Source of the DNA: Octopus sinensis
Taxonomy: Eukaryota
DNA: 64,000 nt
NCBI RefSeq assembly: GCF_006345805.1
Contig: NC_043015.1
Span: forward strand, 34,348,001-34,412,000
Direction: 5' to 3'
Shown here one piece after another: positions 1 through 14,993 of the stretch. Made by a program: the position numbers and the translations under genes. The stretch's first letter is position 1; each line of letters starts with the position of its first letter. The notes beneath the pieces were generated by a model. That model worked only from the letters and a program-made list of their open reading frames with translations, was not told the origin of the DNA and ran no database searches.

Positions 1-1789
1 GCAAAAACTTTAAAATGATAAACTAATTATTTTATGATTCTATAAATTCTTAAATTGTTTACACTTCATTCTGGCATTGTACTCATTGTCATTGTTGTTG
101 AGTTGTTATGGCCTTTCTTTAAATAAATGAATGTGCAGTACAGAAGTAGCCAAGTAAATATTCAGGAAGGACTATAAACTTTGCCTGTTGCAAATTTCGT
201 AGTCTATTAGTTGTTGCTCAGCTGGAGTCATTTCACATCTTGAGAAAGACAAAAATATCACAACCTCTTGATTCTCTTACACAACAGAAAAATATTCTAG
301 CTGGTGGGGTCAAAAGTATTGGCAATCCATGAGTTAAAGGATCACAAGTTCAAATCTTAAGAACAGTGCTTTACTGTCAAAAGGATATTACTTTCAAGAG
401 CCTAGTATACTTAGCTACAAGTAGATACCATGTGGTTACATGACTTAGCTGCAAGAAAGAAACCTCTCTAATTCACTAGATGACAGTACTAAGTTCAGTT
501 TCTGCCATAAATTTTGGCCAGAAGGGCCTGATAGTCACCACCTACTCTAAATAATTGACAGTAAAATTGATTCCACAGATGATAATGCTTACCACCGTTA
601 TGGCCATCCCACCACCACTGTCACGACCAACTATCATCACCATCGCTACGTAAATCAGAAATATCTATTTTACTAGTAGACTATCATTCAATAATAAGTG
701 ACAGATTTTCAGATGTGGGTCAATTTCAAGGTTAGAAACATTCCAGCTTTACCAGCAATGGACATCAAAATAAATTGTTTAGACAAACACAAAAAAAATT
801 CTTGATGATGATAATAATGATGACAATGATGATGATGATGATAAGGACGGTGATGACAACAAAAATAAAATTATTATAAAAAATAAAGCAATCCAGACCA
901 TTAATTAATTGTAGGTAATCTTCTCAAGGAAACTTATAAGTCAGCAGAATTTGACAGGTAGAAACATCAATTTAGTTCTTTTCTTCTCTTCCAGACAATA
1001 TTTAGAAAAAAACAGAGCCGTCTTGCTTTTTAATTTTTTTTCCTGTAAATGTCAAATCAGATCAGGTTTGTGATTTGTTCTTTCAAAAATGCAAAATACA
1101 GAAACAGGGTCACACTTTCACTGGAACATTCCAATTGTTAACACATCAAATTACAGAGAGGAAGATTTCTAATAAAACATTGAAGTTTATGTTTCAAGAG
1201 AGTTTTCTGGGTTGCTCATGGATAATTGCCTCAAATCTTACTTTAAGCTTAGCAAAATTAACAGGGTGCCAAACAAAATGCATTTCCCTTTATATTCATC
1301 ATCATCACTTTAACATCCATTTTCCTTGCTTGCATGGAGCTCACAGTTGGAGCTCACAAGAGGCAGATTCTCTACAACTTGCACCGATTCCCAACCAAGG
1401 TAATATTTTTCCCAAGGCCAGACATGATTTTGTAGAATATTGGAAACGAATGACATTGTTCATATGACACTGACACAATCATTTACAACTGACACATAAT
1501 GTTGAAGCAAGCAGACAATAACATGCACACACACATCCACAAATATGTCTCTACTGACTTTATGGTTAGTGAAAGCAAAACCGATCGACAAACACAATAT
1601 AAAATATATTTTTAAATATATTGAAACTATGTAAAGTGTGTGCATTTTCCTTCTTTTATTTTATATTTATTTTTGCATTACAACTCACCATGTGGGGATA
1701 GTCGAAATTCCCCCATGTGTGTTACTACTATTTACCACGTGTGGAACAGAAAATGTTGCTGAAACCTCCCACAAACATATTAGATAAAA

Positions 1790-2230
1790 CCCATTGACCC
1801 AATTTGCTGACTTTTGCGATGACACACAGTTGTTGATGAATGGTTGAATGACCAAATCCAAGCTTCTCTGCTTGTTCCTCAACAGTTACGATGGAATTTT
1901 GTTCCACCAGGGTTTGCAGGATGTCCTCGTCGAACTCTACAGATCTTCCAGGACGAAGCTTGTCTTCTAGGCTGTAGTTTCCAACTCAGAATTTCAGGAA
2001 CCCCCGGTAACGCTGACATATGCTTATTTTCTAATTCCCATATACTGAATTAATATTCCTCACACATTCCGTTGCTTTGTTGCCTTTATTGTACTCTTAA
2101 AGCAAAATATGCCAAATATGCTCCTTTGTCACTTCCATTATAGCTTTGAAAAAATAACTGTTAAAATCGAACTGCACTCTTTATAACTTGCACTAAGAAT
2201 AAGGCCAAGAAAACTTAACTACCTATTTTT
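1790..2230 (-). mobile_element. Decayed mariner transposase, N-terminal part
   Basis: Minus-strand translation across frameshifts gives MEVTKEHI..., SLEDKLRPGRSVEFDEDILQTLVEQNSIVTVEEQAEKLGFGHSTIHQQL...KVSKLGQWV. This matches the mariner HTH region up to the WVPHEL-like linker. Confidence 0.75.
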
Positions 2231-2320
2231 ATATCAAGTTGAGCAGGTAGTTTATCCCATCCCACTCCGTCTTTTAGCTCATGCAATTGATAAAATGCAT
2301 TATTTGTGAGATGTCCTAAT

Positions 2321-2380
<60 letters not shown>

Positions 2381-2419
2381 TTAAGGCTACCATTGGTGTC
2401 TTGTTAAGAAAATATTTTA

Positions 2420-3110
2420 ATGTCTTAACAGTTTTTCAAGCCAATCAGATGGAGAAATGGTATTCGTCTCATTTTTTGATGAAAATACAAAACTTCACAG
2501 GGATTCACAATAAAGTCACCAAATGAAAACAAGAAATCAAGGGATGCTATTCTTGGATGAACCTTTTGAGTGGTATCTCCCTTGCCTTTGACTTTTGGGA
2601 AAAAAATTGTGCTGGATGATGAATTTGTTTGCATTATATTCTGAGTAATTATAATGTTCATATGTTTGTGTGTTGGAGGAGTTCATCAGGGAGACACGTA
2701 TATTTTTGTGTGTGTGGAGTGCGTATGTTGTATATAATCAATGTTCATGTTCAGGAAAAGAAACTATCCTGGTGGGATTGGCAGAGTAGGTGATGGTTCC
2801 TCTTTGAAATGTTGGAGTGTGAAATATTGCTTGCGTATGTAGTGAGAGGTGTCATCCCTAATGTTTAAGATGCTATCTTTTGACAGGATGATATTTAGCT
2901 TTTCAATAATACAATCTTCACATTTGGTACCCCGTTCCCTGTATTTTCTGGTTTTGGCAATAATGTTCCATATTATCTGGGGGATGCTTACTCTTCCTTC
3001 TTTCAATGTCCATATCATATTGGACAGAGATGTCATATATTTTACTCTTCAGTTCAGAGTAAAAGCTAGACTCACCCAGGAATACAAGACAATACAAAAA
3101 AGGAAGATAC
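2420..3110 (-). mobile_element. Penelope-like element 3' fragment (end of GIY-YIG endonuclease plus 3' non-coding region)
   Basis: ORF 2764-3036 TSLSNMIWTLKE...WNIIAKTRKYRERGTKCEDCIIEKLNII matches the PLE endonuclease C-terminus with a CxxC motif. It is homologous to 54802-55086, and non-coding 2421-2560 aligns with 54450-54600. Confidence 0.8.
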
Positions 3111-5118
3111 GGAAACTGAAGGTGACTTGAACTAGTTGTAGGTTCAAGAAATGCTAGTTGACAATATGCTGTCTGTTGCAGATGCAAAATTCCAGGTATA
3201 CATGATGATATAGAAGGGGAATACTATTGTACATAAAAGCATAAAAGCTAATAGTGTGGAAGAAAGAGGAAGCAGAGAACAATACCAAATAGCAAAAAGA
3301 TAAATGAAATGTTGAATATATTTAGCAAGTGAGAAACCAAAAGTAAGAAATTTGCCTATTTCTTGAGATGTGAAAATCCATGATACGAGATGTTCTGGAT
3401 TGCAAAGCAATATTGTTGGGAAGCAGTATGTATAGGATTATAGCGGTACATTTACTTATAGACCCCCAGCATATCTCTATTTCCTAATATTCTTCTTTTC
3501 CATCATGGATAATTCTATATAGTGTTCTGTTTTGCAACCTATCTTATTTGCTACACATGTACAGGCAGCCCTTAACAAACTGCTTCTTTAATTTGCATTG
3601 ATGATAGAGTTTAATCTTCATGATCACATTCATTCAATCTATTTCAACATTTCTGAAAAATTTGTACCCACCAAAGTAATTGTTTTCTATAATTTCAACT
3701 ATCTATGTCATTTTCATTAGATCATCTTCATTTAATTTACAATCACTATTCCTAACTATTTCTCTTTCCTCTGGTAATTCCGCATCCTCTTCAGTACCAT
3801 TCTCTACTTTCTCATCTTCTTTGTCTTGTTCCAATCATTATCATCATTTGTCAGCTGCATATATACTTTCATCCTTTACCTTATTTCTTCGGGCAATAAA
3901 TCAATCAATCAACTTATTTCAATAATAGCAATTGCATTTACTTCTTGAATCTATTTATTGTGTGTGCAGTAGCTTGGTTGCTGGTTCAGTAATGCCTGAC
4001 ACTCCACACAAACTCCACCGGGTCAGGAACCTTCATTCAGAATTCTAGTCTCCGTCACATTGTTATTTGTGCCAATTCAAGTGACTTTTGCATCTGTAGG
4101 AATATTTTCAGACTCCCAAACACAGTGCCAAGGAATTAAACCCAAGATATGAAAATAAATGTAAACATCAAACAGGTTTTTATCCAAAGATTGAGAACGT
4201 CAGCAAGCAACTAAAACACATAAGGAACTTCATTTTATCAGTAATTAGGCTGATTGGCAAAAATGCAGTAGATCTAGCAGATGGTTAACTCATTAGAATG
4301 CCAATTGTTGTAAACAACATATTGGAATGTCATTGACAGGCCATGGTAGATAGTGTGTGTTTGAAACTAGTCAGTGGTGATGATACATCTGAAGTCAACT
4401 TACTGCAAAAACTTATGTCAGTCACTCAACTGTGGTATGTGATGACTTCAATGATCAACTACCATTGTTGACACACATCTTGCACAGATACACAAGAGCT
4501 GGCTCACTTGATGTAAGTGTCTCTTTTGTGTCATCATTCCAATGATAGTTTTTTTTTTTTAACAATAAATATTTGTGTTTGGAGTTCACACTGATTTTGT
4601 TCCTTTTTTCAATCAACCAAATATTTTGTCATTATACATCACTATAAAAAAAAAGATGTTAGTAAATTTAGGGTTGTGCAAACATCACTATTTTTATGGA
4701 GACTCCATCTGTATCAGCCAAGACAAAAGTTATAGTTATACCTTACAGTAGTTATACCTTACAGTAAGCCAATGGCTGACCTCGTATTCATATGTCACAA
4801 GGTATTCAAGACAAAAAGCTCTGCCAATTCACAAGACATGAGTTATATACTATGCAGAATGCCAATTCAGAAATACAGTGCATGATTTTCATTCAATATT
4901 GTGTCTTCCACTCATATGAAAATTACAAACTGGAATGATTAGAGAAACTATTTTTCCCTTTCTTCAGCAAACACTAAGTAATGAACAAAAATGGCTGAAA
5001 TAAAAACAGCAGCAGAACAAAAGATCAACTTGCTGATTGATAAATCAAGGAGACACAGGAATTTAGCAATGGTTTGTATAGATTATAAAAGCACATATAA
5101 TAGAGTATTATATTAAAT

Positions 5119-5495
5119 AGTGGAGGAAAATGAGAATGTTAAGCTGTGGAATTACAACATACAGTCTAATCCAGGATTGAGGGAAGGACACCAGACATTA
5201 TTACCAATAAAAAGCAAAGACACTGGACAATAATCGCTGTAGAATGCCCAGGTGATAAAAGACAAGTGAATGATAGAAACAAAGGTAAAACTGAGAAACA
5301 CCAAGGTGTGAAAAGAAAAGATGTAAGAGTTGTGGAGTGTGAAAAATGTTGAGATTGTAGCAGTGGAAGTGGGTACTTACAGTAGAATGACAACGAAAAT
5401 GAAATTATGGCTGGAGAAGATGCAAACTGAAATTCAAAATCAGAACTGAATTACTAGGAATCACAAGAATGGTAAGGAATATGTTTGATAACTGA
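5119..5495 (+). mobile_element. Dong/R4-clade non-LTR retrotransposon, restriction-like endonuclease remnant
   Basis: Frameshifted translation VEENENVKLWNYNIQ / IEGRTPDII...IIAVECPGD...KTEKHQ / LWSVKNVEIVAVEVGT...LWLEKM / ELLGITRMVR follows the PD-(D/E)xK RLE C-terminus of R4/Dong elements. Confidence 0.75.
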
Positions 5496-5605
5496 GCTGA
5501 TGAAAATGTCCCAAAAGACTCTTCACATTGGTTAAGATTCATTCATTGGATTGTAAAGATGATGAGATCAGTCTGCGATAGGAATATCATCATCGTCTTC
5601 ACAGT

Positions 5606-5740
5606 TATTCTTATTTCTTTATTGCCCACAAGGGGTTAAACATAGAGGAGACAGACAAAGGGATTGAGTCGATTACATCGACCCCAGTGCATAACGGGTA
5701 CTTAATTTATCGACCCCGAAAGGATGAAAGGCAAAGTTTA
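5606..5740 (-). mobile_element. SINE fragment (family also at 39520-39740)
   Basis: catcgaccccagtgc...ggtacttaatttatcgaccccgaaaggatgaaaggcaaagt aligns with 39580-39650. Confidence 0.65.
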
Positions 5741-8247
5741 ATTATGGTATGGATCTGACTTAGTTATGACTGATTTATTATATGATAGACAGCCATAGTT
5801 TTCAGTCACTAAATTTTACTTATGATCAAATATTGATCAAACCAAGGTTATGAAAAAAGATGCTCATTTGAAATGCTGTGTAGTGGGATTGAACTTGGGA
5901 CTATGTACTTACAAAGCAAATTTCTTAACACTGTCATGTCTGTATTCAAAAGTTCTGACAACTCATGATACCCTTTCAAATTAGATGAGTTAAATCTATG
6001 AAGGGTATGTATACTGATGGTGGATATTGATAGGAAATATGACCTGTTCACCCAGCAATCAATAGGTTAACATTCAATCAGTTTGAACATCTCTCAAGAC
6101 TGACATCCAATGGTTTTAAGTTAAAGTTCTAAATGACATATGACTGAAAGTTAACACTAAAACTAAAACTATATTAGGAGATGTAAAAAAAGGTTAAAAG
6201 TAACAAATAATACTTAAACTAAAGTTAACAGTGATAGTTTTAGGCTAAAGTGCATCTAATTCTTATTCTGTTAGCAAGTAAAGGTTAACTATTATCAATT
6301 CTAGTTACAAGAAGAAATGAAAACAGATATAATAGATATTTTGATTAGTAATTAAGAAAAGAAATTTTTCTCCAAATAAGAATTCAATTGCATATTGGAT
6401 TTTTTTTTCTTTTTAGATTCTTTAAGCAATTTCAAGCAATATATTTAACAGACACAAGAAGCCTTATGATAGAAATGTCTTGCCTATTTCAAAAGTGGTT
6501 TCCATGGTTCCATTTGATAGAAACATATCATGAGAGTAATAAAGAATATAAATAAATCATAACCATTCTCCATATGAAATTGAAGACATTGATGTGATGA
6601 TGAATAAAAGATTAATCTTAAAGTAATGATAGCCATATCACCATTTATAATTCATTCAAGATTCCTGCTTTTGTTCAAATGAAAGGAAAGAAAATAATTT
6701 GAAATGTTCTCAAGAAATTGTTGTTAAATTTAACAATTGTTCATGTCTTTAATTAATCTTAGGGAATGGTGACATCCTTGGATATTTTAGCTGTACAATT
6801 GCCAAGAAAATCAATCGTGTGATTAATTCGCTTATGGTTTTAGAAAACCTGTAAGTATTCATTCCTTTGAAAGACCTTGCAAATTGCTTTTGGTTCAATG
6901 TAGTTCCTTCACTGAAGACACAGTGGGCAATCAGTCAACTCACATTCTAAGAAAGTTAAGAGACACCGTAGGGTATAAATACGTGTGTGTGTGTGTGTGT
7001 GTGTGTGTGCACGTGTGTACATATGTGTACCTTAATGATGCATTTAGTGCATAGTCGGTGGTAAAGAATGAACTCTGTACAGCTGGATTTCTTTTGAAGT
7101 ATTATAATGTTACTCATTCACAAACCCCTTCACCATCAAATGATCTTATAGTTACATCAAACAATTCTCTGACATGCAACCCCCCAAAAGATGGTCATAA
7201 AATAACAAAGACTCTAACTATACCACTGTGTGCTAGCTGAAGTATGTACTTCATCAGAAATTTAACCACATTGCTTAAGTCACAAACATCTGCTTCGTAG
7301 TGAAGAAAGCTCTATGTGGTCGTTGCTGATGGAATTAATGATCAAATCTTCAAATTTGATCCTTTTTCTTATCAGATAAGGTGGTCCAGAATACAATAAG
7401 AATACAGGTTGTTTATGGCTTCATGCTGGTCAAGCTATGATTGTTCACCTTACGGAAATGGAACAGATGTGAGTTGAGTTTAGTTCCTCAGGTAAGTGAA
7501 ATTACACAACAACCACCAAATCTGATATAAAACATTTAAAATAGACAACCCTGCATCACTATAGTCTATGTTATCATGAATGAACCTCAGTTAACCCTTT
7601 GCTTGCCCCAGGACATATTTCCCTGATGTCCTTGCTTCTTGTATGATGCACATTCCCAATTCTTTTCAACCACTAGAGTAAGTTGGGACTTATGAAAGGA
7701 AAGTTTTATATTATTCAATGTTCAAAACAAGGATTAACAAAGTTAGGGGACAAACTTATGTCAATGTTTGAAAAGGCTAAGAATTAAATACCCTGATTTT
7801 CCTATAAACCTGATTCCTTTCAATCTCTGAATTGACTGTACATTCTTCTATGTGAAGACATGAAATACCACAGAAGGTAAACTTCTTTGGAGATGAATAT
7901 TATTGCAGTCTTGTACAAATACTAATTTATATAACAACTCATGGGACTGTTAAGAATTAGTTTTTGACTTTTTTATCCTAAAAGTGTTGACTTATAAGGA
8001 TTTATAAACTTCAACTTTTCTTACCGAAAACATTTCTTTTAACCCAACCTTTACATACTACATCTCAGTGCTAAGAAACTCTCAAAGCAGGTTTTCAGAG
8101 AAGAACTCCACCTCAACAGGGAAGTGTTTTGTCCTGTATAGCTTTATCTGTTTCCACTTAAGCCATTCTTTATTTCATGTTTTCTGAAAGTTTATAAATT
8201 CTCATGCCATCAACAATATATATGTGTGTGTGTATGTATATATACAT

Positions 8248-8560
8248 ACTCCGGGGTTTTTTTCTGTCCTTGTTTTCGTATACATTCGCTGCTTTCTTCC
8301 AAGGAATCTAATGTTCTTAGCTTAGTTTTCCCTTGGGGCTGGCCAGATTGGAGCAATCACGAGTATAACCAGCTGAAATAGCAAAGATAATTTGGAACTT
8401 GACTGAAGAAATAAAATTCCGAGTGACCCGTCCTTGTTTTCTTTGTATCGTCTATCTGGATGTTTTGTTGTCCCCTTTTTTTGTATCACCTAACTGTCTA
8501 GATGTTTTGCTTTCTTGTCCCATTTTGTATTTTTTCTATATATAAAACATATAATGGTAT
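8248..8560. repeat. Short non-coding interspersed element between two (TA)n tracts
   Basis: About 310 bp of complex sequence bounded by (TA)n/(TG)n on both sides. Same context as the hammerhead-bearing elements, but no canonical core found. Confidence 0.4.
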
Positions 8561-8572
8561 ACGTACACTTTG

Positions 8573-8618
<46 letters not shown>

Positions 8619-9715
8619 ATATATGCATATATGCCTGCAGCCTCAAGGCTGAAACATATAAAAGAATATATATATATATATATATCCATACACACACACA
8701 AGCTCACACAAATACAAATATCATAATCTTTATTTCATGTTTGCTTTCTATGCTGACATGAATTAAACTGATATATGTGTGTACGTGAATGTGTATATTT
8801 GTGTGTGTCTGTGTGTCTGCATGTGTGTGTGTGCATGTAAACACACACAACCTCAGCTAAACACAAAATTAATGGAATAACAAGTTTTACTTGATATTCT
8901 GTTGCAGTCAAAGTCTTCATGGACATCTTGAAGATATATGGAAAAATTACGTGGTGGAGAGAGTGGTGGTGGTGGTGGAGGTAGTGATGTTGTTATTGTT
9001 GCTGGTTGTTAGTGATGTTGACAGTTGTCATGGTTATTGGAGTATTACTCATGCTGATGGTGGTGGTGGTGGTGGTGGTGATATGCATGGTTGATACTGT
9101 CGTAGGGGCCGTGTCACTGTAGTGTTATTGTGTTAGGGGACACTGCATAAATATGACAGTGTTTATGATGTTTTCTAGTGACATCATTAATATGAATCTG
9201 TGTTAAAACTAAGCACAGAACAAAATGTAACCTTGTTAGACATTTCTTCTCAACTTTGCTCTTGCATGAAATACATTCTGTGTAGAGAATGGATTGGGAA
9301 ATTAATCACGTACGTTAACTTTAGCCTGGAGTGCGAAAGTGTGCAGTTTGGACTGATTGGTTAATGTGACTCCTTTGAATAACAAAAGATTTAGTCTGAG
9401 CTCTGTGAATTTCTAAACTGTTTCACACCTCCTTATTGTTCTCCATTATTAGTTTTTGTCACTATTTATGCCTGCTTTGCTAAGAAACAATTGGGTCAGC
9501 TAAATACATGCATACGCATACACACACAGACACACGCATACACAGACATCTTCCAGCTTCTCTGCATCTTCTAACTCTTCATCATCATCATTTATATCTT
9601 GGACAGTTCTCCCATACAGCAAAACAGCCAATTCTCTTAGCTTTTTTTTGTTTTATTTTGTCACATCTTTTGTGAGGTCCATCATCCTGAGAACAATGTT
9701 CTTTTGAGACCAGCG

Positions 9716-9719
<4 letters not shown>

Positions 9720-9760
<41 letters not shown>

Positions 9761-9840
9761 CGCTCTTGCTCTCTCTCTCTCTCGCTTTCTCTCTCTCCTG
9801 CTCTTTCTCTCTCTCTTACACACACACGTGTGTATGTTAT

Positions 9841-9898
<58 letters not shown>

Positions 9899-9908
9899 TG
9901 ATAGATAG
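9720..9908. repeat. Compound microsatellite (CT)n-(CA)n-(GATA)n
   Basis: Direct reading of the sequence. Confidence 0.95.
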
Positions 9909-12900
9909 GAATCACAGACACACAAAACACACAGCTCATTCATACATGCATAATATATGCGCTTAGACACATACATGAAATGAATGCCTTGCAATAGATA
10001 ATTGCTTTCTCAGAAGTGATGTCTGCGTGAATTGCCACAGATAATTTGTCAATGACAATATTTCTCCATTCCATAATTATTAAACAATTCTCAGTTGTTA
10101 AACACAGGTTACTTCAGAGCAGCACCCTGGGAAGCATGTTCCATCAAATTTACATTTCTTTCCAATTATGATATTTCAATAATCTCAATATTTTCTCAGA
10201 TTTTATCTCAATAAAATTATTTACAGATTTAAATGAATAAGTTGTCTTGTCAATAACTGAATGTATCATCTGTCATTTGTTTTACTTAAAACCCTTTTGT
10301 TCCCATATTTCTAGTGAAATATATTATCTTTGTTTCAATTAACTTTTAAAATAATGCAGAATTCAACAAAATAACATGGTCAATTAAGCTGAAACATGGA
10401 GCATTAATTAATAAGAACTTTTGAATGAAGGTCTTAAGTTAGATCCTTTAAAAGAGAAGTCTCAGGCAGGTTGGTGTCAGAAAAGTTATTCCCTTGAAAT
10501 TCATTCTACAGGTTTTAGATTCCAATGCTACTTACTTGATTGAAAATGGTAATTATTGTTTAGCTCTGGGTCACTGCTGATTGTTCTGTGATCAAAGACT
10601 TTCCAGCATTGATCATCTAGATAGTTTGTTTTGTTATATAAATGTATCCAGGACTACATTATCCAATATGTCCTTCTTTATCTTCTAGAATAGAGAAACC
10701 AGAGAGATACTTAGCTGCTATTTCTAGCATTAGCTTCATAATGCTGGAAATGCTGATGTGAATAGAATGGAGTCAAAGTGAACTAACAACATTAGTGCAA
10801 TAGTTAGTCACCCCTTGTGACTCACTCAAATATAAAAGATGTCTCTACAACCATTAGATGATTGCATCAACCATTCTTTGAAATAATATGATCTTCCTGC
10901 TCTTCAATAAACATATGCCTTTACCAGCACTTACCACTTGCATTGATCTTGTGCTTTTCTCCACAACCATGGTCTGAATTTGTCAAGATGTCAGTTAGGT
11001 TCATTGATGACCATAGCTTTGTTTCCCGTTCCTAGAAGTCCAGTTGGTCAACCTTAAAATCTGTATTCTGTTATTTGACCCATGTGACCAGCCAGGTTCC
11101 ACTTCAATTTGTTTATGTCTTTGTGAATGGCACAGTCACCTCTCTGCTTCTACATTAGTAGCACACTTTTTCTCTCCTTCCAGGTTGAGCTTTATTGAGC
11201 TTAATAGCAAATCTATGGTATGGTTTTTAGTTTTCTTTTGAGCTTTTTTGAGAATATAACTCTCTGAACAGCCATAAATGGTTCAGAAACCCAGAATCTA
11301 ATTTAAAATACAATACTTGATTGCAGAGGCTACAGTATGAAATGGTTGTGAGATAAATGTAGCTTAGAGATGATAAAATTTTATCTGGAAGTGTATTTCT
11401 GGTTCCCCACAATCGAGATTCCTGTGGTAAGTGTGCTGCCTCGGAGGTAGTGAAATATTTTCAGTAGATTTGAACCCAAAACACATGAATTTTTAATGCA
11501 CAAATGAATTCCTAATGTATGAGTAATACTGAAATGATGGCAGCTGTTGCTGAAGTTAAGGAACATCGGAAATTCAGGATATTTTCAAATAAAATCAAAT
11601 GGCTCTTGATTATATACAGCTCATCACTAAACCTCAATGTTACAGGAACCAGGTATGAGTTACTATAGCAACAGAGAAGAATCCAATAGCTTGGAAGAGA
11701 TATAAGAATGATGAATGGAGTAAGAAATTGCATGATAGAAATATAAGGAAGTGAATGAAATGCCATTAACCTAAAGGGGAATGGTGTATTGTAATCATGT
11801 GATAAATGGAACATAAAGTCAGTGAAAACGAGGTATTCACTCTCACACAATGCTGTACAAAATAGCTGAAGTTTAAAGCTAAGAGGGCTGCAGAGTGATA
11901 AGTGAAGGAATAATTGCAGGTTCCATATTTCTAGAAGTGTCTATTGGAGCTGGCAGAGTTGTGAACTGTTTGTCACCTTGTCAACATCTGGTTATATACA
12001 ATTTTAATAAAATCTTTTTGCATTATTCATCGTTATAGTAAGAGTGATTAACTGAAAGAAACAAACAAACCTCTATATAAATATTTCACATCATCAAAGC
12101 TTTTAATATTCACTCTGGCTGTTATATTGTAGAAGCTGCTGAAAATAGAATTTCTGTTTCTTTCCTATTTTTTCCCTCTTTATCTGAAGATTCTTGCAAG
12201 AATCTTCTTCGGTTTCAGAAATGCCTCAAGACATAGCATGTCTCTAATATCAGTTATCAGCATCCAGAATGGATTATTTTCATCTTTGAAATATTGATTT
12301 AACTATTTTGTTTTCTTACTAAGCATGAAGACCAAATATTTATTGATAAGGAAAATAAAGAAATGAACCTCAGTATATTACTGGTACTTACATTATTTGA
12401 TTCTCAAATTTAATCCTCATATTCTATTATAGCAGAAGCTCTAATTCAGCACCCTATTGTTTTAGCAGCCCCTGCTGGCTTACTGAATAGATCTTACTGT
12501 CTTGTTGTGGTTTAATCCCAAGTTAACCCAGACCAAGCAGATCTGTCAAAACATACTCTAGATATGACCATCCAACCATTTATCAGACTTTTCAATCCTT
12601 CTTTAGGACAGTAGGGTGTAATATGATAGAATTCTCTTTATTGTATTTGAGACAGTTTCTTGTATAGATGTATAGTGTTAAAAAGCACAGACATATCAAG
12701 CAGCAGATGGAAACTATCCAGCGGCAATGGTGGAATTGCAATATCAAGATTTCTGTGTCTTTGCACATAATCAGAAACAAGTGTCCACAATCAGGGCACA
12801 TGTAAATGCCTGCTGCTGGTCTTATGCGAAGACACATAAATTGTGATTGAGCAATTCCACCATTCTGCTGGATGTTTCTAATCTACAACTGATACACTCA

Positions 12901-13407
12901 GTACTGGATTTACGATTTAGCAAAATAAGCCCATGCTTAGTGCTTCAAGGAAAGTGGGGCATCACAGAAACAGTAAATGGTCTCCAGGACCAAAGAAATC
13001 ACTTGAAATTTGCTCAAATAATATTCAGGATGCCTTATCTTTTCTAAGTCTAGAATCAGATGTGTTACATAAGATTAATTTTGAGGATCAGACAAAAGTC
13101 TTTTCAATTGGAAAAAAAAATACGAGTAAACTTTTCAAATATAAATAAAGTGGAAATATACAAAAATAAACATTATTTTCCATCTTGCTTTTTATTTTGT
13201 TTCATTTTGAAAACTAAAAATATATTTTAAGGTTTATTATTGTTTATATTTTGAGTTACATGTATATGGGTGCACCAAAACCTTTTAACTTCTTAGGGCC
13301 TTTATGGGCCTTAATCTAGCCCTGGGTATATTTTTGTGCTTTTTAGCACTATACATCTATATATGAAACATCTTCAATACAAATGCTGCCATTTTGTGGC
13401 TTTCTAT

Positions 13408-13667
13408 ATTCTTTTATTAGTTTCAGTCACTTGACTGTGACCATGCTGGAGCACCACATTTAGTCGAACACATCGACCCCAGGACTTATTCTTTGTAAGC
13501 CTAGTACTTATTCTATCAATCTCTTTTACTGAACCACTAAATTATGGGTACATAAACACACCAACATCAGTTTTTCAAGTGATAGGGAGGAGGGACAAAC
13601 ACAGACACACAAACATACATACATACATACATGCATACATACATACATACGTACATACATACGTACA

Positions 13668-13703
<36 letters not shown>

Positions 13704-13871
13704 TATATACGACAGTATTCTTTCAGTTTTCATCTACCAAATCCACTCACAAGGCTTTGGTCAGCCTAAGGCTATAATAGAGGGCACTTGCCCAAGGTGC
13801 CACACAGTGGGACTGAACCCAGAAGCATGTGGTTGGTAAGCAAACTACTTACCACATAGCCACTCCTGTGC
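13408..13871 (-). mobile_element. Near full-length tRNA-derived SINE with internal (TACA)n
   Basis: Minus-strand head ggagtggctatgtggtaag...gggttcagtccc has Pol III A/B-box-like motifs. Homologous copies at 18698-19040, 22566-22735, 32996-33160, 35205-35410, 42595-42720 and 54328-54440. Confidence 0.85.
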
Positions 13872-13999
13872 TTATATGTATATTCATGTTAAGTAAGATA
13901 TACAGAATCCAGTATGTGTGTGAGTATGTGTGTGTGTGTGTGTGTGACCTTTCCTCATCACATAAGACTTATATCTGATGTCTTCATGGACAACATTTC

Positions 14000-14260
14000 T
14001 GACTGGTCATATTGTTAGAATAGATGACAAAGATCTTTTGTAACATGTTAGCGGGTGGTCAGTAGACAGTGCAGATGCAACAAGGATGCTTTCAAGGCCA
14101 CCCCAAAAATCTTCAGCATTAATGCAGAGTCATGGAAAAGTCTTGCAGCTGAGTATTACTTGGTAGATCTCATAAAGAGAAGTGCCATTGTATCTGAGCC
14201 AACCAGAGATTGATGAACTGAGCAGAAGAGAGGGTTAGTAAATCCCAAAGCTATAGTTAC
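14000..14260 (+). mobile_element. RTE/BovB-like LINE C-terminal remnant
   Basis: Translates to TGHIVRIDD...GGQ...KDAFKATPKIFSINAESWKSLAA, resembling the RTE post-RT region. Confidence 0.55.
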
Positions 14261-14587
14261 AGTAATAAAATCAGAGTTTGTCGGCCCTATTTTGCCAATG
14301 TGATATGTTTATGAGTGATATCAAGGTCTTCATCCTTACAGTTTGAGGAACAAGGTCTCAATCTGGAAGATTCTGCAACATTTCTGTGTTGAGAATGCAG
14401 GAATTGATTAGGAATGTTGGAGGTAAAGTGGTAGAGTGAAATGAAAGAAATGAGAGAAAGAAGGATTTGTAGAGAAGTGGTCATTGTATTATGAGATAGA
14501 GAAATGAATAATTAGATAATGAAGAAAAGAGAGGAAAAATTACACAGCTGGGAAGAAAGTAAGAAAAGACGGAAGAAGAGAAAGTGG

Positions 14588-14619
<32 letters not shown>

Positions 14620-14942
14620 AAACAATTAAACCAGTTTCAGAAAGTTTAGACGAAGTGAGAGAGTGAGAAAGAGGGGGAGAGAGAGAGTGAGTGAGTGAGA
14701 GAGAAATTATGGCTAAGTAAGAGAGTTAGAGAAAAAGAAAGTTTGGTAGACATACAGAGTGTAAGAGGGGGGGTAGAGACAATGATTGAGTAAGAGTCAA
14801 GAATCACAGAGAGAGAGGGAGGGAAAGGGAGGAGGGTTTAGAGAGAAAATGAGAGAGACAGCAAATTGATAGGATAGAAATAGAGTAAGAGAGAAAGAAT
14901 AGCTGAATAAAAGAGAGCCAGAGAGGAATGGATGGAGAGAGA

Positions 14943-14993
<51 letters not shown>

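Noticed and set aside
1690-1758. Possible minus-strand exon with a gtgagt donor
   Set aside because: Short, no recognisable peptide, and adjacent to a mariner remnant; indistinguishable from chance.
2420-2700. CTGATGA (minus strand, ~2690) pairing with distant GAAA..TTA as a giant hammerhead in the PLE 3' region
   Set aside because: About 250-nt gap, stem I out of register, and the box is not preserved in the second PLE copy.
8395-8440. CTGAAGA in a (TA)n-flanked element as a hammerhead
   Set aside because: No stem II followed by GAAA and no NUH site in register.
12720-12840. CPDCGHLF as a host C2H2 zinc finger
   Set aside because: Single incomplete motif lacking the paired histidines; more likely a decayed LINE end or chance.
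13780-13871. tRNA gene
   Set aside because: tRNA-like head of a multicopy SINE; no complete cloverleaf evident.
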